Assembly: GCF_004010195.1 (NCBI RefSeq)
Contig: NC_057719.1
Coordinates: forward strand, 75,135,960-75,199,959
Length of the DNA stretch: 64,000 bases
Direction: 5' to 3'
Source of the DNA: Chiloscyllium plagiosum
Taxonomy: Eukaryota
The notes beneath the pieces were generated by a model, which saw nothing but the letters and a program-made list of their open reading frames with translations, was not told the DNA's origin and did no database searches. Within the stretch, counting starts at the first letter, position 1; every line of letters begins with the position of its first letter. This document shows, piece by piece, positions 12,700 through 25,580 of this stretch. A program made the translations under genes and the position numbers.

Positions 12700-13530
12700 A
12701 CACCTAACAAAAGAAAAAGTAAGGACTGACCAGGGAAGTCAAATATTGCATTTGATCAATGGAAAAGGCTTATGAATTTGCCTAAAAATGCAGGAGGGTG
12801 GGCATTTGATTGCAATAGTTTTAGAATTTCTAGAATTTGTTTAGAAAGGAGGACAAAGAAACTAATGCTGAGAGGGAGAGAGAAAATAGAAAATTAAAAT
12901 AGCAGCTATTACAAAAAATGGAATGTAAAGAGAACGCCGAAAGGAAAAGACAAGCAAAGGCAAATGTGGATCTGTTACAGGCTGAGACAGAAGATTCTTT
13001 AACAGGACATCGCGAAATGGCAGAGAGATCAAATCAGTTCCTTGTGTCTGTCCTCACAGAGCAAGACACAGGAGTCACCATGAAATATTCAATATCAAGT
13101 GTGGCACTGAAAGTGTGGCACTGAAAGAAACTAGTAATAGTAAGAAAAGTGTTGGAGAAATTATTGGGACTGAACATTGCCAAATCCCCAGCACCCGATG
13201 ACATATTGTAAGTGATGGCTATGGAGATAATGGATGTGAATTCTGCAGTGGTGTCTGAAGATTGGAAATTTTAACCCATTGTTTAGAAAGGAAGAGGAGA
13301 GTAAACGAGAAACTACAGACCTGTTAGCCCAAAGTCAGAAGTCAAGAAAATATTTGAATTTATTATAAGCGATATTCTTACTGGATATTTACAAATTAGT
13401 TATCTGGTAGGACAGAAGCAACAGGGAAATAATGCTCGATGAAACTTTTTTTTGAGGTTACTCACACAGTGGAATAGTGAACATAGATTTTCAGAAAGCT
13501 TTTAATAAAGTCCAACACAGGAGGAGAATA
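12700..13530 (+). mobile_element. CR1 ORF2 internal fragment (pre-RT and RT N-terminus), continuing at 14875-15430
   Basis: Decayed KSPAPD, PLFRKG, NYRPVS and DFQKAFNKV motifs. Confidence 0.75.
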
Positions 13531-13999
13531 AAATTTGTTTGGACTAGGCCAGGCCACTCAAAACATTCTTAAACAGGCAGTCCAGACCATAACTTTGCAA
13601 TTTGTTTTGGTAAGTGTACAGTAACAATTATCTGGAGTAAGTTAGCTAGCTTGACTACCAGATTTTTAAAGAGATAAAAAAATATATTCACAAAATTACA
13701 GAATGAAACACAAAGAACAGAATATGGAATACTCACAGAACTCAGTCTATCCAAACTAGACTTAATTATGCTGTTCTGAAAAATACAAGCAACAGTCCCC
13801 AGTAAACTAACCCCTTAAACACAGTAAAAATGAAACAGAGACTTACAGGTTGACGTTAGAAGGGCTGAAGGAGAGAGAGTCTAGCAGCCTGTTTCCACAC
13901 AGTTCCACTGCTGCACTGACTCAACCAAGACTTCAGCTCTTAGGACTGACCACGCCCCTTTCATTATCCAGGTTACTGCTAAAGCATGAACACTGTGTC

Positions 14000-14690
14000 A
14001 GAGTCATAGAGATGTACAGCACGAAACAGACCCTTCGGTCCAACCCGTCCATGCCGACCAGATATCCCAATCCAATCTAGTCCCACCTGCTAGCACCTGG
14101 CCCATATCCCTTCAAACCCTTCCTATTCATATACCCATCCAAATGCTTTTTAAATGTTGCAATTGTACCAGCCTCCACCACTTCCTCTGGCAGCTCATTC
14201 CATACACGTACCACTCTCTGCGTGAAAAAGTTGCCCCTTAGGTCTCTTTTATATCTTTCCCCTCTCACCCTAAAACTATGCCCTCTAGTTCTGGACTCGC
14301 TGACCCCAGGGAAAAGATTTTGCCAATTTACCCTATCCCTGTCTCTCCTAATTTTGTAAACCTCTATAAGGTCACCCCTCAGCCTCTGACGCTCCAGGGA
14401 AAACAGCCCCAGCCTGTTAAGTCTCTCCGAAGTAAAAACAATAACTGCAGATGCTGGAAACCAGATTCTGGATCAGTGGTGCTGGAAGAGCACATCAATT
14501 CAGGCAGCATCCAACGAGCAGCGAAATCGACGTTTCGGCCAAAAGCCCTTCATCCTGTTGAAGTCCACATTGATGCCCTGGGGTTGAAGTGTTTCGAGGC
14601 GGAAGATGAGGCGTTCTGTTAAGTCTCTCCCTATAGCTCAAATCCTTCAACCCTGGCAACATCCTTGTAAATCTTTTCCGAACCCTTTCA
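14000..14690 (-). mobile_element. Young CR1 (HER1-like) 3' fragment containing a nested insertion
   Basis: ORF 14077-14268 RGERYKRDLRGNFFTQRVVRVWNELPEEVVEAG; tail ctatgactct. Confidence 0.9.
14429..14615 (-). mobile_element. Internally deleted Penelope 3' end (GIY-YIG C-terminal peptide plus hammerhead remnant) with a 15-bp TSD
   Basis: TSD ctgttaagtctctcc at 14414-14428 and 14616-14630. Minus strand encodes ERLIFRLETLQPQGINVDFN, then ATGAAGGGCTTTTGGCCGAAACGTC. Confidence 0.85.
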
Positions 14691-15009
14691 ATTGTGGCCT
14701 AAACTCTGATCTGTTTACGTATAAACAAAGAGGCCTCCCAATAACCTTTTCATCTCTGTACTAATCCAGCCGATTCGGAGCCCAAAGTGTTTTACGACGC
14801 CTATGAAAATAATCAGGGACACGGTGTCCTTGAGGAAAGGAACAGCTTTTAGAAAATAGGACCAGCTTTGTGAAAAATTAAAGTGACTGGGGGTAATATA
14901 CCAGCATGGCTTGAGGATTAGTTAGTAGGCAAGAAATGGAGAGTAGGATCAAATGACCAATTCTCATATTGGCAGACTTGAACAAGGAGGAACAGCAGGG
15001 GTCAGTGCT

Positions 15010-15293
15010 TGTTCTCTCACTGTTCACAATCTATACTAATGATTTGGGTGTGGGGCAAAATTTAGAATATTCCCAGCTTTGCAGGTGGTAGAAAGCTTAG
15101 TGGGAATGGGAGCTGTGAGGAAGCTGAGGAGAGGCTGTGTTGGGATTTAGGCAGTGTTCTCTCACTGTTCACAATCTATACTAATGATTTGGGGCAAAAT
15201 TTAGAATATTCCCAGTTTTGCAGGTGGTAGAAAGCTTAGTGGGAATGGGAGCTGTGAGGAAGCTGAGGAGAGGCTGTGTTGGGATTTAGGCAG
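15010..15293 (+). repeat. ~145-bp tandem duplication inside CR1 RT sequence
   Basis: 15010-15154 and 15155-15293 are near-identical apart from a 6-bp indel and a substitution. Confidence 0.9.
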
Positions 15294-15431
15294 GTTGACT
15301 AAGTGGGCAAGAGCATAGCAGCTGGAATGTAATGTAGATCAGTACAAGATTATCCACTTTGGTAAGAGGAATGAAAGTGCGGATTATTTTGTAATGGTGG
15401 GAGATTGTAAAAATGTTGGTGTCGAAAGGGA

Positions 15432-15590
15432 CCCTTACAGTGTGGAAGCAGGCCATTTGGCCCATTGCGTCCACACCAACCCTTTGAAGAGCATCCCATT
15501 CAGACCCACCCCAACCTCCATCCGAACCACCCTATTCCCATAACCCCACATTTCCCATATTCCACCCAACCTACATATCTCTGGACACGA
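15432..15590 (-). mobile_element. HE1-type SINE 3' fragment
   Basis: cccttacagtgtggaagcaggccatttggccc matches the reverse complement of the HE1 tail at 22800-22835. Confidence 0.65.
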
Positions 15591-15594
15591 GATG

Positions 15595-16085
15595 TTGTTG
15601 TCCATAAGTTCCCATTGTTAATTGTATCCTCCTTTGTGCAGACAGAAGTACAGTACGAATTTAGTTTGTCAGCCATTTCTTTGTTTCCCCTTATAAATTG
15701 CCCCATTACTGACTGTAAGGGACATGCATTAGTTTTCACCATTCTTTTTCACTTTAGATACCAATAGAAACTTTTACAGTCAGTTCTTATGTTCACCAAA
15801 AGCTTACTCTCATACTATATTTTCCTCTTTATAATTAATCCCTTGGTCCTCCTTTTCTGACTATTCTAAACTATTCCCAATCCTCAAGTCGACTGTTTTA
15901 ATTTGCCAATTTGTTTGCCTCTTTTTTGCATCTAACACTGTCTCTGACTCCCTTTGTCAGCCACAGTTTGGCAATTGTTTTCTTTGCACTCTTACGCCAG
16001 ATAGGAAGAAGCAGTTTTTGTAGCTCACCCATTCACTCATTGTATTTGTGCCATTGCCTATCCACTGGCATTCCTTTCAATAACA
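15595..16085 (-). mobile_element. CR1 ORF2 internal fragment
   Basis: KTNACPLQSVMGQFIRGNKEMADKLNSYCTSVCTKED is the CR1 EN-RT linker. Confidence 0.75.
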
Positions 16086-16439
16086 TTACTGGCAAGACTG
16101 GTACCTACCTAATAATGTGGAAAACAGCCCTGGCAGATCATAGAGTCACACAGCATGGAAACAGACCTTTTGGCCCAACTAGTTCACGCCGACCATGTTC
16201 CCAAATGAAACTAGTGCCACTTGCCTGCATTTGACCCATATCCCTCCAAACCTTTTCTGCTCATGTCCCATCCAGAAAAACCAACACAAATATAACCTGA
16301 TGATCAACAAAGTGATGACAGTGTCCTCAAACAGCATTTGCTTGGGAATAGCCTCAATGATGCTCAGTTTGAGTTCCGACAGAGCCACTCAGTTCCTGAC
16401 CTCATTATAAATTTGTTCCAACATGTAAAACAGAGCTGA

Positions 16440-16790
16440 AGTTCCCAGAGGACCATAGTCCTGCTCTCTTATTAGAGTGAGAGATACTGCCTTTATTCCT
16501 GATGAAGGGCTTTTGCCCGAAACGTCGATTTCGAAGCTCCTTGGATGCTGCCTGAATTACTGTGCTCTTCCAGCACCACTAATCCAGAAAATGGTGGCAA
16601 TTTAACTTGAAGGCCGCCATGCTTCAGGTAAGGTTGAGAAGCTTGGACACTGGGGTTGGCTGGACTGCTGGTTTATGATGCAGAGTGATACCAATACTAT
16701 GGATTCAATTCCCTCATTGGTCAAATAAAGGACCCCACTTTCCTAACTCCATTCCCCACCTGAGGCACAGTGACTCCTTCTACTGGAGAA
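16440..16790. mobile_element. Fragments of a tRNA-derived SINE in both orientations (family also at 29580-29772, 34735-34825, 43870-44000)
   Basis: gttggctggactgctggtttatgatgcagagtgataccaa...ggattcaattcc head; reverse-oriented body at 16440-16645 is interrupted by the hammerhead repeat. Confidence 0.6.
16495..16530 (+). ncRNA. Minimal type I hammerhead ribozyme motif with intact core, at the 5' end of a Penelope-derived repeat (to ~16590)
   Basis: CTGATGA 16499-16505, extra A, stem II GGGC-TTTT-GCCC 16507-16518, GAAA 16519-16522, CGTC 16523-16526. Predicted cleavage after C16526. Confidence 0.8.
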
Positions 16791-18944
16791 CTCTGACTGC
16801 CATCAAATTGTCCTGGACATTGCACTCCCTCCAAAGTGCCTTTCCTGAACATCTCATATCCCTGAAATTTCTATCCTGCCTCATTTCTGAATTCAGAAAC
16901 TCTCGCACCCTTCAGTTTCAGCATCTAATTTTAAAGGATTCATAAATGTGCTGAATCTTCTGCGGTTACCGCTGTTTCATGATCCCCAGTTCCAACCTGT
17001 ACCTAGTCTCATTTTTGAAGCATCTAATGAGTCCCTTCTATTCTTATTTGCAATCCAGTTTCTCCCATCACATTCACCCCTGATCCAACTTGTCCAGTTC
17101 AAGCAAATCTCAATTTCTGCCTCCGTGTTTCTTGTCTGTAGGTTGCTGTTTGGTTTAGGTATAGTTTCTCTGTCTTGTATAGTTCTTTTTGTTCGGGATG
17201 TGTTCCCAGTTATTATTGCAATTACTACATTGCTGATTTCACTGCATGTTGGTAAGGTCCTCAGTAATATCCTGGAATTTCTTGCCTTCTTTCTCAAACT
17301 CCTGACGCACCCCAGAGAACATTTTGTTGTATCCCCTGGGCTGGAGTCAATCTCCGTACATTTGTTTTGTAAGGCCCTTAAATTATGCTCCAGGTGCCAT
17401 TTGAATGTACATAGGCTTGAAACTTGTTCTGTTCACTCTATATTGTTCCTGAATGCAAACTGTTTCTGTAATTGATGTTTGACTTTAAAACGTGCATTCT
17501 CTTAGGTCAGTGCAGGGTCGTTCCTTATAGCCATTCACATTTGGAATAAACTTTAGGCATGATGGAGTATGAGTCATCTCTTGCTTCTTGGAAATGTTCA
17601 TAGATTGTGAAGAATCTTATTATCTTCAGCTTTCTATAATGTAGGAACTTCAGGGCTGTCCCCCCTTAGCCTCAGAGCTTGTAAGGCTGGTTTCTAAAAA
17701 AACACCAGGCTTCACACAATGAAATAACATTGTCACTCCTGACACCATGTAGTAATCTTCTTAATTGTCTAAAGGTACGTAGATTCTGGTAACTTGAAGC
17801 TCTCTGTTGGGTTTATTTATAGATAAACTAATACATATTTACAGAATAATCTCCAGAACATAGCCTGGGCTGAGAGTGCGAAAGTGCATAGAATCTAGGC
17901 ACTAGGCTTATTTGCATTTCGACCTGTTAAGGGAGCATCACCACACCAACAAGGACCAAGATGTCATGCAGATTACAAATCATTTAGTGCTGGTCATTTC
18001 CATACTTCACCTCCCTAACTACTGTGAAAAATTGATTTCAAACTGAAAATGTATTGCTTCTCCCCCCTGGAATAATGTTAACTAAGCATCTTGGAAAAGG
18101 ATACTATGTTCATTAAGTCTGTGAAATCAGCTCAAAGTGACTCACCACACCATTACATTTTCAGAAAATACCATCACATGTTAATCCAAGACATTTTTAA
18201 AGCACGAAGATTTGAATCTTCAAAGTATGCTGTTCAGATGTCTCCAATTAGCTCTATGTTCACTAAAAGCTTAAAATAGTACAAGCAGTCCCACAGGTGA
18301 TCCGAGAATATGCTGTGGAATGAATGGGTAAAACACTGCTATGGCAAATATGCACTGAAGCAATTTAACACAATTGTAAAATTGTGAATATTGCTGACAA
18401 TCATACATGAAATGAGAAAACAGGAAATTGTGATTTACTCATCAAATGATGACTGCACCTGAAGGATCAATTTGATGAACGATATATAGGAATCAGAACT
18501 GTGTGGACTAGCTTTGCTCTGATAATTTTTTTAATAAATGAAGTTTCTCTTTCACAGAGTAAACTTCTTCCAAATTATGGCATTTGGCTTTCACTTGAAT
18601 AGCCCCTAAACACAATATTACAAACACAAGAGTTATTCGGTATTAACAATCTCGTAGTAAGTGCATCAGCAATGTGTTAAAGCTGCACTTCAGAGAACGG
18701 TGTGATTGACAAGGAAAGAAACAGCTGGAAGACATCTGCCTCAGATAGGAACATGTGGGATCAGTCAGAGACTGTGAAGTTCAAAGAAGTTTTGCAATCG
18801 TCCATTATAAAGATGTACTGTATACAGCTATGAGGCCAACAGTGTCATGTCAGAGATGCTCAACTGATAGTTCTACCACTATCATCTGGGCCACAGACAG
18901 TGGGCTTGTGGTTTGGAATTGGGATCAACAAACTATCTGTTACT

Positions 18945-19385
18945 GTAGTCAGCTTTGGTTCACTGGTAGCATTCAAGGCTCTGAACTATAATTTGGGGGT
19001 AGAAGCCCCACTTTGAAGAGTTGAGTGTCAGAGTCAATGCTGAAATCTTAGTGCAGTATCGAGGGAGTGCTGCATTGTTGGTTGTGCCACATTTCAAATC
19101 AGTTACATGGGAAAACCCTTTGCATCCTCTCAGATGGATGGTTTTGAGGAATGATTCTCCCCGATGTCAAGGCTGGTATTTATTCACCAAGTTAACACCA
19201 CTGAAGTGAGAAACAGACCGACCAGGCAGTTGTCACGTTGCTGAATGTGGAAGCTTGAAGCACAGAGATTGGCGGCTGCATTACCATATGACAACAGCAA
19301 CGATGCTTTGAAAAGTTCCGCTGTGCCTGCAGGATGCTCTGGAATGTACTGCACTGGCGCTACGTCAATGCAAACCTCCTTCTTT
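18945..19385 (+). mobile_element. Old DeuSINE (SacSINE1-like) copy
   Basis: gtgcagtatcgagggagtgctgcattgt core and tail ggcgctacgtcaatgcaa; homologous to 10720-11152. Confidence 0.6.
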
Positions 19386-19744
19386 AATCAGGCAGGCATT
19401 TCCTTTCCTCTGTCGTGAATGTGAACCCCTTGTGTTGGCTGAAACAGCAACATTCATGAAGCTGTTGTCACTTCTGGGTAGTCCTGACCTTCAGTTTATT
19501 TGACAGGATTTTCAAGTCTGTCATGTCCTTTACAGTTCTATTCAGCGGCAAAAATGGCAAAGCAAGTCAGAGTTGACTGGGAATCAAGAAATTGTATTGC
19601 TGGGTAAAATTTAACAACCCAAAATATGAGTGCTGCATTTACACACACACACGTACCACACTGCAGATGCTATACATGGCTCTGAAGGTCCAAAGTGGTA
19701 TCAGTGATGCAGGTATACAGCTCTGGTGTGAGTCATGCTGGAAT

Positions 19745-20350
19745 TAGAGTCATAACGATGTACAGCACGGAAACAAACCCTTTGGTCCAACTCTTCCATG
19801 CCAACTAGATATCCTAATCTAATCTAGTTCCATCTGCCAGCACTTGGCCCATATCCCTCCAAACCCTTGATATTCATATACCCATCCAAATGCCTTTTAA
19901 ATGTTATAATTGTACCAGCCCCCACCACTTCCTCTGGCAGCTCATTCCATACACGTACCATCCTCTGTGAAAAAGTTACCAGACAGGTCCTTTTTATATC
20001 TTTCCCCTCTCACCTTAAAGCTACACTTTCTAGTTCTGGACTCCCCCACCCCAGGGAAAAGACCTTGTCTATGTATCCTATCCATGCCCCTCATGATTTT
20101 ATAAATCTCTATGAGGTGACCCCTCAGCCTCCAACGCTTCAGGGAAAACAGCCCCAGCCTATTCAGCCTCTCCCTATACCTCAAACCCTCCAACCCTGGC
20201 AACATTCTTGTAAATCTTTTCTGAACCCTTTCAAGTTTCACAACATCCTTCTGAGAGGAGGGAGACCAGAATTGCATACAATATTCCAAAAGTGGCCGAA
20301 CTGTACAGCCACAACATGACCTCTCAATTTCTATACTCAATGCTTTGACC
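19745..20350 (-). mobile_element. CR1 (HER1-like) LINE 3' fragment
   Basis: ORF 19942-20340 VRPLLEYCMQFWSP...LERVQKRFTRMLPGLEGLRYRERLNRLGLFSL. Confidence 0.92.
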
Positions 20351-20811
20351 TATGACTTCATGTTAATTGGGTCAATGAAGTGGGCATAGCCTGTGTAATG
20401 GTCAGACCGTGACTGCAGTCGAGATCTAATGCTGATTTAACATCAGCACTACCATCCTCTCAATTCAAAATTTCTACTAATGTCCTTTCTTCACCACATA
20501 TGGTGAACAGGCATTCAGTAGCTGCAATCTCCCACCAGGACTATTTAAAGGGATCATCAACTACTCACAGGTTAGTAGCGGTTTGAATTTGTACCGATTG
20601 TTGCTGTGAATATAGGAATGCTTGGTGCTTTCTAAGTTTATTGAAATTGCTAATACCCGCAGGTACTTGATCCTGACTTCAAGGCTTCTGCACCTGCAAA
20701 GTCACAAGTGCCATGAATGTTATTCTCCTTGGAGCACAGAGACTGGGGGAATGAGCAGAGGGGATACCAAGCAGAATTGGGGAAGAGATGAAGGACTCTT
20801 CATAGCTAATT

Positions 20812-21105
20812 CTTACACTGCAGTAGAGGCCATTTGGCCAAGCAAGTCTGCACTGACTCTTCAAACGAGCATGCTGCCCAGTAATCCCACGGCTAACTAC
20901 CTAACCTATGCATCCCTGGCCACTATGGATAATTTAGTGTGGCCAAACCACCTAACCTGCACACCTTTGGACTATGGGAGGAAACCCACAAAGACACAGG
21001 GCGAATGTGCAAATTCCGCACAGCTTGTCTAAGGCTGGAATCGAACCCGGGTCCCTGGTGCTGTGAGGCACCAGTGTTAACCACTGAGCCACTGTGGCAC
21101 CCAAG
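20812..21105 (-). mobile_element. HE1-type V-SINE
   Basis: Minus strand A box tggctcagtgg and B box ggttcgattcc; V-domain tttgcacattcgccctgtgtctttgtgggtttcc. Confidence 0.85.
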
Positions 21106-21551
21106 GTGGTGAGGAACTCAGAAATGTCAGATGTCTGCACCTCACGAAGAAAGTCGTTAATGAAGTCTGCTCCTCATTATAACACCAACAGCACCTCAGA
21201 GTATCGTAGAGATCACTTGTCCTGAGTGACTGAGGCTATAAGTGTTCTTTTCTGCATTTTGCTTGAACAGGAGAATTTTGCAGCATATAGCAATTTGCTG
21301 CTGATGACCATCCTTGTTCTATGAGGGATGACCCTTTCCTACTAAGATCACTGTCTTCCCCAGATCAGATGGTACCACTGACTGCATCTATCCAGGGCTG
21401 GACCAATGTTCATTACCATCCATGGTTAACTTTGAGAAGGTGGTGTTGAACTGCTTTCTTGAACTGCTGCACTCCATTTGATGCAGGTGGACCCACCAGA
21501 GGAGAGCTCAAGTTTGTGATCCATGGAGATATTGGTATCATGCCCCAACCC

Positions 21552-23083
21552 GACACACACACACACAAACATGCACATGCACACACACATGCGTGGGCAC
21601 ACAGACATATATACACACGTAGGTGCACACACACATGCGCACGTGCACACACACAAACACACACATGGATGCACACACACACACACTCTCTCTCACACAC
21701 ACATGCGTGCACACACACACTTCCACACACGCACTCTCTCACACAGACACACACGTGCACGTGCGCACACACACAAACGCATGCATGGGCACATGCACAC
21801 ACACAGATCCGCGCATACACACACGCTCATACACTCATGCATACATGCACACGCACAAATGCTCACACGCATGCACACATGCACACACGCTCAAACACAC
21901 ATGCATACATACAAACACGCGCCTGCATAGGCACGCACACATACACACACATGGATGGGCACACACACACATATACACACACACTCACACACACACACAT
22001 ACAAACATGCGTGGGTACACACGCGCACATGCACACACACACGCTCACACATGCATGTGTGTGCGCACACATGCATGCACACACATACAGAGACATGTAC
22101 GCACACACATGCATGCACTCACACACATGTGCGCACACACACACATCATGGGCATGCACACACATACACGCACACACACATACATACATAGATACACGTA
22201 CACATAGACACACATGTGCACATACATACATGTGTGCACTCACACACACTGACACACACGCATGCACACACACATGCACGTACGCACATAAACGCACACA
22301 CACACCCTCACACATATGCGCACACACACACACGCACATGTTTACATGCGTGGGTGAACACACACAGACACGTGTGAACACACGCAGACATGTGCATACA
22401 CATATACGTCTGCACACACATGCGTGCACACACACACTTCCACACACGCACTCTCTCACACAGACACACACGTGCACGTGCGCACAAACGCATGCATGGG
22501 CACATGCACACACACAGATCCGCGCACGCACACCGTGTGGGCGGCACGGTGGCACAGTGGTTAGCACTGTTGCCTCACAGCGCCAGAGACCCGGGTTCAA
22601 TTCCCGACTCAGGCGACTGACTGTGTGGAGTTTGCACGTTCTCCCCGTGTCTGCGTGGGTTTCCTCCGGGTGCTCCGGTTTCCTCCCACAGTCCAAAGAT
22701 GTGCAGGGTCAGGTGAATTGGCCATGCTAAATTGCCCGTAGTGTTAGGTAAGGGGTAAATGTAGGGGTATGGGTGGGTTGCGCTTCGGCGGGTCGGTGTG
22801 GACTTGTTGGGCCGAAGGGCCTGTTTCCACATTGTAATGTAATCTAATCTAATCTAAAAAACATACACACACACTCTCACACACACCCACACATGCACAC
22901 ACATGCAACCGTGTGCACGCACACACACATGCACACACAAACACTCTCTCACACACACATATGCATGGGTGTGCACACACACACACATGCATGCACACAA
23001 GCACTAAGACATGCATGTGCACGTACACACGTACGCACACACACACATAATTTCTCTCACACACAAACACACACACACACACC
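21552..23083. repeat. Complex (CA/TG)n-derived alternating purine-pyrimidine array, ~1.2 kb plus an inserted SINE
   Basis: Degenerate CACA/CATG/CGCA units throughout, with an internal ~115-bp block repeated at ~21698-21815 and ~22415-22526. Confidence 0.95.
22539..22860 (+). mobile_element. Full-length young HE1-type V-SINE (tRNA-derived, CR1-like tail)
   Basis: A box TGGCACAGTGG 22550-22560, B box GGTTCAATTCC 22594-22604, V-domain, CpG-rich, (TAATC)n tail. Confidence 0.93.
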
Positions 23084-23721
23084 TCCCCTAGAGCTTTAAC
23101 CTGTTGAAGAACAAATTGCTTGACTGCTGTGAGATTCTAGATACCCCTCTTAACATTGATATTGTAGCCATGACGACAGCAGTCTTAAATTATCTGACCC
23201 CATTGCTGTATTTATCTGAGAACAGAGTACACTTGCGTGGCACCATTCTGAGTCTCCAATGGTATTTTGAACATTAGTGGAAGTGCTGCAGTGGAAGCTA
23301 AGAAATACTATGTCTTGGATGAGCCTGCAGTTGTGTTAATGGAGATGACCAAAATGTCCATGCTGTAATGAATGCAGGTGAGGCAGTGCCCAAGACCCTG
23401 TGTAAAGTTAGGTACACAACCCTTCAACTCCAGTCTGCAACCTCTGCTCCACCCTAGCGCTGGGCACAGAGTGTTCACAATGAGTGTAAAGTTCTTTACT
23501 CTCAAACCCTGCAGCAATTCTTACAATCCCTGGTGAAGTACACATTTTAAAAAGGAAACAAAAGCAGAGAGAAGTGGCCTTTACATTTCCAACAAGATTT
23601 TATTTGCAACTTCGACTGTAATGTGATTCAGTTTCAATGTAAGTTACGCACAAATAAACAAACAAATCATGGCTGGAACAAACTATAAATTACAACTTGA
23701 ATAGAACATAAAAAGACAATC

Positions 23722-25580
23722 ATACACACTCAATACACAAGAAAGGAAAGCACTGTAAAGACTAAAAAAAGATAAAAACATTATTATCCTACCTGCAGAA
23801 AAAGGGTACTTGACAGTCATTCTAAATTGAAGAGACTACATTGAAAAAGCAAAGCTCTACTTATAGATACCAACACTTACCAACAAGTGGCGATAGACCC
23901 AACCCCACAACTACAGAACTGAACCACAGCCCTACTCAAAAAACTTCATAAATCTGGAGAAATAAATCAGACCGACTTCCAAAAAATGAAACCAGACGAA
24001 TCCAACACACCGTGCTTCTACGGATTAGCCAAAATTCACAAACCAGGAGCCCCCCCCTCAGGCCTATAGTCTCACTACCTGGAACACCAACTTACAGACG
24101 GGCCAAGGAGCTACACCAAGGACTAAAACACTTAGTAGAAGACTCCCACCACTCCATCCACTCCCCCCAAGAATTCCTGAAGACCATCAAAGACACTAGG
24201 ATAGAAGAGGGTGAAATAATGGTCTCCTTTGATGTAACAGCCCTGTTTACATCAATCAACATTAACCTGGCCAAGAAAACACTGACTACACTATTAGAAG
24301 ACCCAAAGACACATACACCAAACACCTCTAACTTCATCAGCAAGGACAGTATCGTCAAGCTAGTGGACCTACACCTTACCACACACTTTACCTTCCACAA
24401 CAAATCCTACAGACAAACCAACGGAACACCCATGGGATCTCCTATATCAGGGTTCTTAGCAGAGACAGTAATGCAGAGACCTGAACAAACAGCTCTGCCA
24501 ACCATCCAACCCAAACTCTGGGTCCACTACAGTGATGATAATACCTTTGTCATCACTAAACGAAACAAATGAGAGGAAATCATAAAGACCATCAATAATA
24601 CACTTACCGGCATAAAATTCACTGAAGAGGAAGAAAACAACAATAAACTGCCATTCCTAGATGTCACAGTAGAACGAACAGCAAATGGGGAACTTCAAAC
24701 CAGTGTCTACAGGAAAACAACACAAACGGACCAAATATTGAACTACAGAAGCAATCATCCCAATACCCACAAACGAAACTGCATCTGAACATTTTTTTTA
24801 ACAAGCCAACACACCCTGCAGCAGAAAAACTACACAGAGAGCAGAGGAAAATCACCTATACAGTGTATTCAAAAAGAATGGGTACCCAATGAACACAGTC
24901 CCCCAATTTCTCAGCAACAAACCTAAACAAGCAGACAAAACACATCCAGAAACCCTAGCCACTCTCCCCAACATTAAAAAATCTCAGAAATGACTGCCAG
25001 ACTACTCAGACCCCTTGGCATCATGGTAGTCTACAAACCCACCAACACACTAAACAGCAGCTAATGAACTTCAAAAACCCTATACAGACAACAAGCAAAA
25101 CTAATATCATTTACAAAATACCTTGCAAGAACTGTAACAAACACTTCATTGGACAAACAGGAAGAAAACTAGCCACCAGGATACATGAACATCAACTAGC
25201 CACAAAATGACACGACCCTCTCTCACTAGTATCCTTTTATACAGATGAGGAAAGACACCACTTCATTTGGGACAACATATAAATTCTAAGACAAGCCAAA
25301 TAGAGACACGCATGAGAATTCCTAGAAGCATGGCAATTCAATTGGAATTCAATCAACAAACATATCGAGTTAGACCCCAACTACCACCGCTTGAGAAAAA
25401 GAACAGGAAATGACATCACCACTGGAAATGACGTCACCAATTCAAAGAAACCCAAACATATCAATAGAAAGCAGGAATCATGAGCAATGCTGCGCCCGGA
25501 GGCCCACTGAAGATGTTACCTAGTATGGTGACAAAACATCTGGAAATGAAACTTTCAGCTCAGTGATCAAACCTACATCC
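23722..25580 (+). mobile_element. 5'-truncated Penelope-like element: disrupted RT and GIY-YIG endonuclease, 3' hammerhead
   Basis: LRPIVS, SFDVTALFTSI, YRQTNGTPMGSPISG, WVHYSDD, FLDV and NIIYKIPCKNCNKHFIGQTGR (~25103-25165), with stops and frameshifts. Candidate TSD agacaatc at 23714-23721 and 25581-25588. Confidence 0.92.
25504..25543 (+). ncRNA. CpG-decayed minimal type I hammerhead motif in the Penelope 3' UTR
   Basis: CCA-CTGAAGA-T-GTTACC-tagtat-GGTGAC-AAAAC-ATC-TGG. Stem I CCA/TGG, 6-bp stem II. Two G>A changes at CpG sites relative to CGAAACGTC. Confidence 0.75.

Larger units (their letters stand above)
13535..14875. mobile_element. Probable solo LTR-like repeat interrupting the CR1 RT, itself split by a younger CR1
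   Basis: Non-coding block separating two collinear CR1 RT halves (DFQKAF at ~13490 and the following segment at ~14880). LTR identity is an inference. Confidence 0.4.

Noticed and set aside
16790..17700. 175-aa (+) and 106-aa (-) ORFs
   Set aside because: No recognisable protein. The minus strand has faint CR1-like traces (APGA, FQGYEMFRKG), so it is more likely a very old LINE 5' region, but too weak to annotate.
18720..18760. SWKTSASDRNMW, resembling an RTE-clade LINE C-terminus
   Set aside because: A single short motif without supporting flanks.
22539..22610. tRNA-like sequence with A and B boxes (also 10720, 21040, 32430, 43651)
   Set aside because: These are SINE heads continuous with SINE bodies, not tRNA genes.
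21459..22730. 423-aa His/Thr-rich ORF and overlapping Cys/Val-rich ORFs
   Set aside because: CA/TG repeats lack stop codons in most frames. The ORF begins in a LINE tail and ends in an HE1 SINE, so it is not a credible gene.
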